Assembly: GCA_965221125.1 (NCBI GenBank)
Contig: CBDCRW010000006.1
Location: forward strand, 640,001 to 704,000
Direction of reading: 5' to 3'
Source: Alphaproteobacteria bacterium
Lineage (GTDB): Bacteria > Pseudomonadota > Alphaproteobacteria > UBA828
DNA length: 64,000 bases
In this document: positions 61,596 to 64,000 of the stretch, piece by piece
Position numbering within the stretch: the first letter of the stretch is position 1
Layout of the letters: each line of letters begins with the position of its first letter
Made by a program: the position numbers and the translations under genes
The notes under the pieces: generated by a model
Seen by the model: only the letters and a program-made list of their open reading frames with translations
What the model was told of the DNA's origin: nothing
Databases searched by the model: none

Positions 61596-62333
61596 TCAAG
61601 CGTCCCGCGCAGCCGAGGCGTCCGGAGACGGCGACGGCACTCGATATGCGAGCGCGGCCGCGAACCGGGCTTCGCCCAGGTCCAGGAGCCGCCACTCGTC
61701 CGACGGCGCATGGGGGAAGCGGAACGAACCCGACCGCGCGCCTTCCAGCATCGACGGAGGAATCTCGAACCGGGACGGGTTCAGCGAGAAGCCGGCGCCG
61801 GTAGCCTTGATCAGCGCCTCCTTCATGCTCCAGAGCCGATAGAAGAGTTCGACCTTGTCGCAGCCCGCAGCGAGTGCCAGCGAGCGCCGTTCCGCAGGTC
61901 CATAGACCAGGCTGCCGATACCCTCGAGATCGCGCGTGGATTCGCGCTCCTCCACGTCGACGCCGAGCCGCTCGTCCGCCGCGAAGGCCATCAGGCCGTG
62001 CGTGCCGCTGTGGCTGACGTTGAAGCCGACGGCCGCGCGCTGCCCGTCCACCAAGGCGAAGGGCTTGCCGTGCTCCAGATAGCCGAAGGCGAGCCGGCGA
62101 TTGGCGCAGCCCAGCCGCTCCGAGAGTGTGACGCGTAGCGCGGCCCGGCAAAGCACGAACTGCCGCCGGGCTCGCACCGAGAGAAACCGGCCCGAGCGCG
62201 CTCGTTCCTCGCCGTCCAGTAGCAGGAACGCGCGCGCCTCGCGCTCCTCATCCGGCGCGAGGTCCACGTGGAGGATGCTGACGGCGTCGATTTGCCGCCA
62301 CGGCCGCCACCACCGAGCTCCTGTCATCGCCAT
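61596..62333 (-). CDS. Sfp-type 4'-phosphopantetheinyl transferase
   Basis: HGKP, FNVSHS, LGVDVE, FYRLWSMKEALIKATGAG. Confidence 0.92.
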   Translation of the reverse strand: MAMTGARWWRPWRQIDAVSILHVDLAPDEEREARAFLLLDGEERARSGRFLSVRARRQFVLCRAALRVTLSERLGCANRRLAFGYLEHGKPFALVDGQRAAVGFNVSHSGTHGLMAFAADERLGVDVEERESTRDLEGIGSLVYGPAERRSLALAAGCDKVELFYRLWSMKEALIKATGAGFSLNPSRFEIPPSMLEGARSGSFRFPHAPSDEWRLLDLGEARFAAALAYRVPSPSPDASAARDA

Positions 62334-62894
62334 TGCCCAGCACGCATTCCTCGCCGCGGTCGCCGCTGCGACCAGGGCCGGGCGCCCCGCATCGTTCGTA
62401 TGCTTTAATAGTTGTGTATCAACTTCGGTAAGAGTCGGGAACGCCCATAACGAACGCTGCGATCGGATCTTGTGGTGAGCTTGGATATCGAGCGGATCAC
62501 ATCGGCATGCGAAGTCATCGCGGAACAGCCCGTTGCCCGTAGTGCACGCGCGAACAAATTATTGCACCGCAACGATAGCCCTCGAGCTTGGTCCCGGCGC
62601 CGATTCGGCGAGATTTGACATGCGCTCCGAAACGCTCGCCGACAATGCCCTGGCGATCGAGCGATCGTGTTTTCCACAAACTGACGGACGAAATTGTGAA
62701 CACGTTGCCGAACGACGCTGCTCGATGGGCCGTGCTAACTGTCAGGAACTTCGATGCGGACACGAAATTCGAATAAAATCCTTCGATCTCATTACCGATA
62801 TTGCGCATGCATCAATTGATATGCCACAAAATCTGTCTCACCAGAGCCGTAAGGGAATATTTACAATTGGATCACAAAAGTATACCACACTGGC

Positions 62895-63815
62895 ATGAGC
62901 AACCGTGGGCCATATCGCATTCCGCCGACGAGCGTCCTGGTGGCCTTCGAGAGTGCCGCTCGACACGGCAACTTTTCGCGCGCCGCTCGTGAGCTGCGCA
63001 CGTCGCAATCCGCCATCAGCCGGCACATTGCCAGCCTGGAGCGGCAACTTTCGACTCGGCTGTTCGACCGGTCGCGGACCGGCGTGAGCCTGACCGATGC
63101 CGGGAATCGCTATCGCGATGCCGTCGCCATCGGTCTCGGCGCCATTCACGCCGGCGCTGCAGAGGTCGCGGAGTTATCGACCGACGAACGGGTCGAGCTG
63201 GTGATCGCGTGTTCCGACGAAGCCTCGCATCTCTTCCTGATGCCGCGTTACGGCGCGCTCCAAAAGGCGCTCGGGGAACGAGTCCATGTACGCGTGCTCA
63301 CATATCAGCACGATATACAGTACTTGCCGCCGGTTCCGCGTGCCGATGTCATCCTCAGCTGGGACTCGATGGATGCTGCCGTCGGCGACCGCGTGGCTGT
63401 CATCGACGAAGAGGTGAGGCCCCTTTGCTCTCCAGGCTACGCCGCCTTGCATGCCAATGCGTTGAACGGGCCTTCGACGGGCTGGGGCGGGCTCACGTTT
63501 CTCCGTGTTTCGCGTCCCGACGAGGGCTGGGCGTCGTGGGAGGATTGGTTCGATGTCTTTGGACACCCGGACACTCCCCCCAGATATCTCGGGTACGACA
63601 ACTACACATACTCGCTGGAGGCTGCGGCTGCCGGGCACGGGATTACGATCGGCTGGCGATACTTCATAGAACGCTATCTTGAGTCCGGAGCGTTGGTCGC
63701 GCTCACCGACGGATTTCTGAAGACGGAGAATTGTTTGTACGCCGTGGTTACCGAAAAAGGAAGGCAACGAAACATCGCACGCAAGTGTCTCACCTTTTTC
63801 GAACAGTGCGCGTAA
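62895..63815 (+). CDS. LysR-family transcriptional regulator (GcvA-like)
   Basis: LVAFESAARHGNFSRAARELRTSQSAISRHIASLE...LF.R...LTDAG; substrate domain W.DWF, AAAAGHGI; codon usage less GC-biased than flanking genes. Confidence 0.92.
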   Translation: MSNRGPYRIPPTSVLVAFESAARHGNFSRAARELRTSQSAISRHIASLERQLSTRLFDRSRTGVSLTDAGNRYRDAVAIGLGAIHAGAAEVAELSTDERVELVIACSDEASHLFLMPRYGALQKALGERVHVRVLTYQHDIQYLPPVPRADVILSWDSMDAAVGDRVAVIDEEVRPLCSPGYAALHANALNGPSTGWGGLTFLRVSRPDEGWASWEDWFDVFGHPDTPPRYLGYDNYTYSLEAAAAGHGITIGWRYFIERYLESGALVALTDGFLKTENCLYAVVTEKGRQRNIARKCLTFFEQCA

Positions 63816-64000
63816 CGACGCGATGACGATCATTTCGAGGTGGTTGAGATAACCAAATTTTGAATTTGTTTGAGATACTTTTGAACATGCCATTGAGGTT
63901 TTGAATCCTAAAGGTGCGGCACTGGGCCATTTCCAATTCCCAAAAGTGAAGATATCCAAGCCAAAATTACCGGGGCCAACATTTGGCTCATATCGGTATA

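Noticed and set aside
62405-62898. Small ORFs between the PPTase and lysR
   Set aside because: Several overlapping short ORFs on both strands with no recognisable motif or clear RBS; I cannot support any of them.
63174-63959. 261-aa minus-strand ORF
   Set aside because: Mostly antisense to lysR; the AT-rich terminal 185 nt are too short to call a gene.

Overview
High-GC alphaproteobacterial chromosome segment, judged from the ispDF fusion, thrB-rnhA, tpiA-secG-pyrG-kdsA order and a SAM-II riboswitch. It opens with the core tRNA-Tyr/tRNA-Gly-tuf-tRNA-Trp-secE-nusG-rplKAJL-rpoB-rpoC(partial) cluster. Next come rlmB, tRNA-Thr, ispDF-pgpA-cinA-queG, ccdA/tlpA, a paaK-boxC-boxB aromatic-CoA block, pheA, nrtS, a D-aminoacylase and rnhA/thrB. 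A complete clade I nosRZDFYLX N2O-reductase operon with an FNR-type box follows, then metH with a SAM-II riboswitch and terminator, orphan ABC ATPases, kdsA/pyrG/secG/tpiA/ppiD, an LLM gene divergent from a deacetylase-MCxxC-COG0523 module, an orphan Sfp PPTase and a LysR gene. The most unusual features are: (1) an in-frame ~72-aa bacterial SH3-like domain inserted in RpoB just after the gate loop; (2) a ~145-nt six-hairpin element present twice with stem-preserving substitutions, bracketing the nos-metH block; (3) two integrase-less, single-gene, AT-richer islets flanked by target duplications (tRNA-Thr 3' half, and the 3' end of an aminotransferase gene); (4) a 26-bp hairpin tandem array abutting the pheA promoter and a 10-bp phased array. 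All calls are from reading the sequence by eye; no database searches were run.
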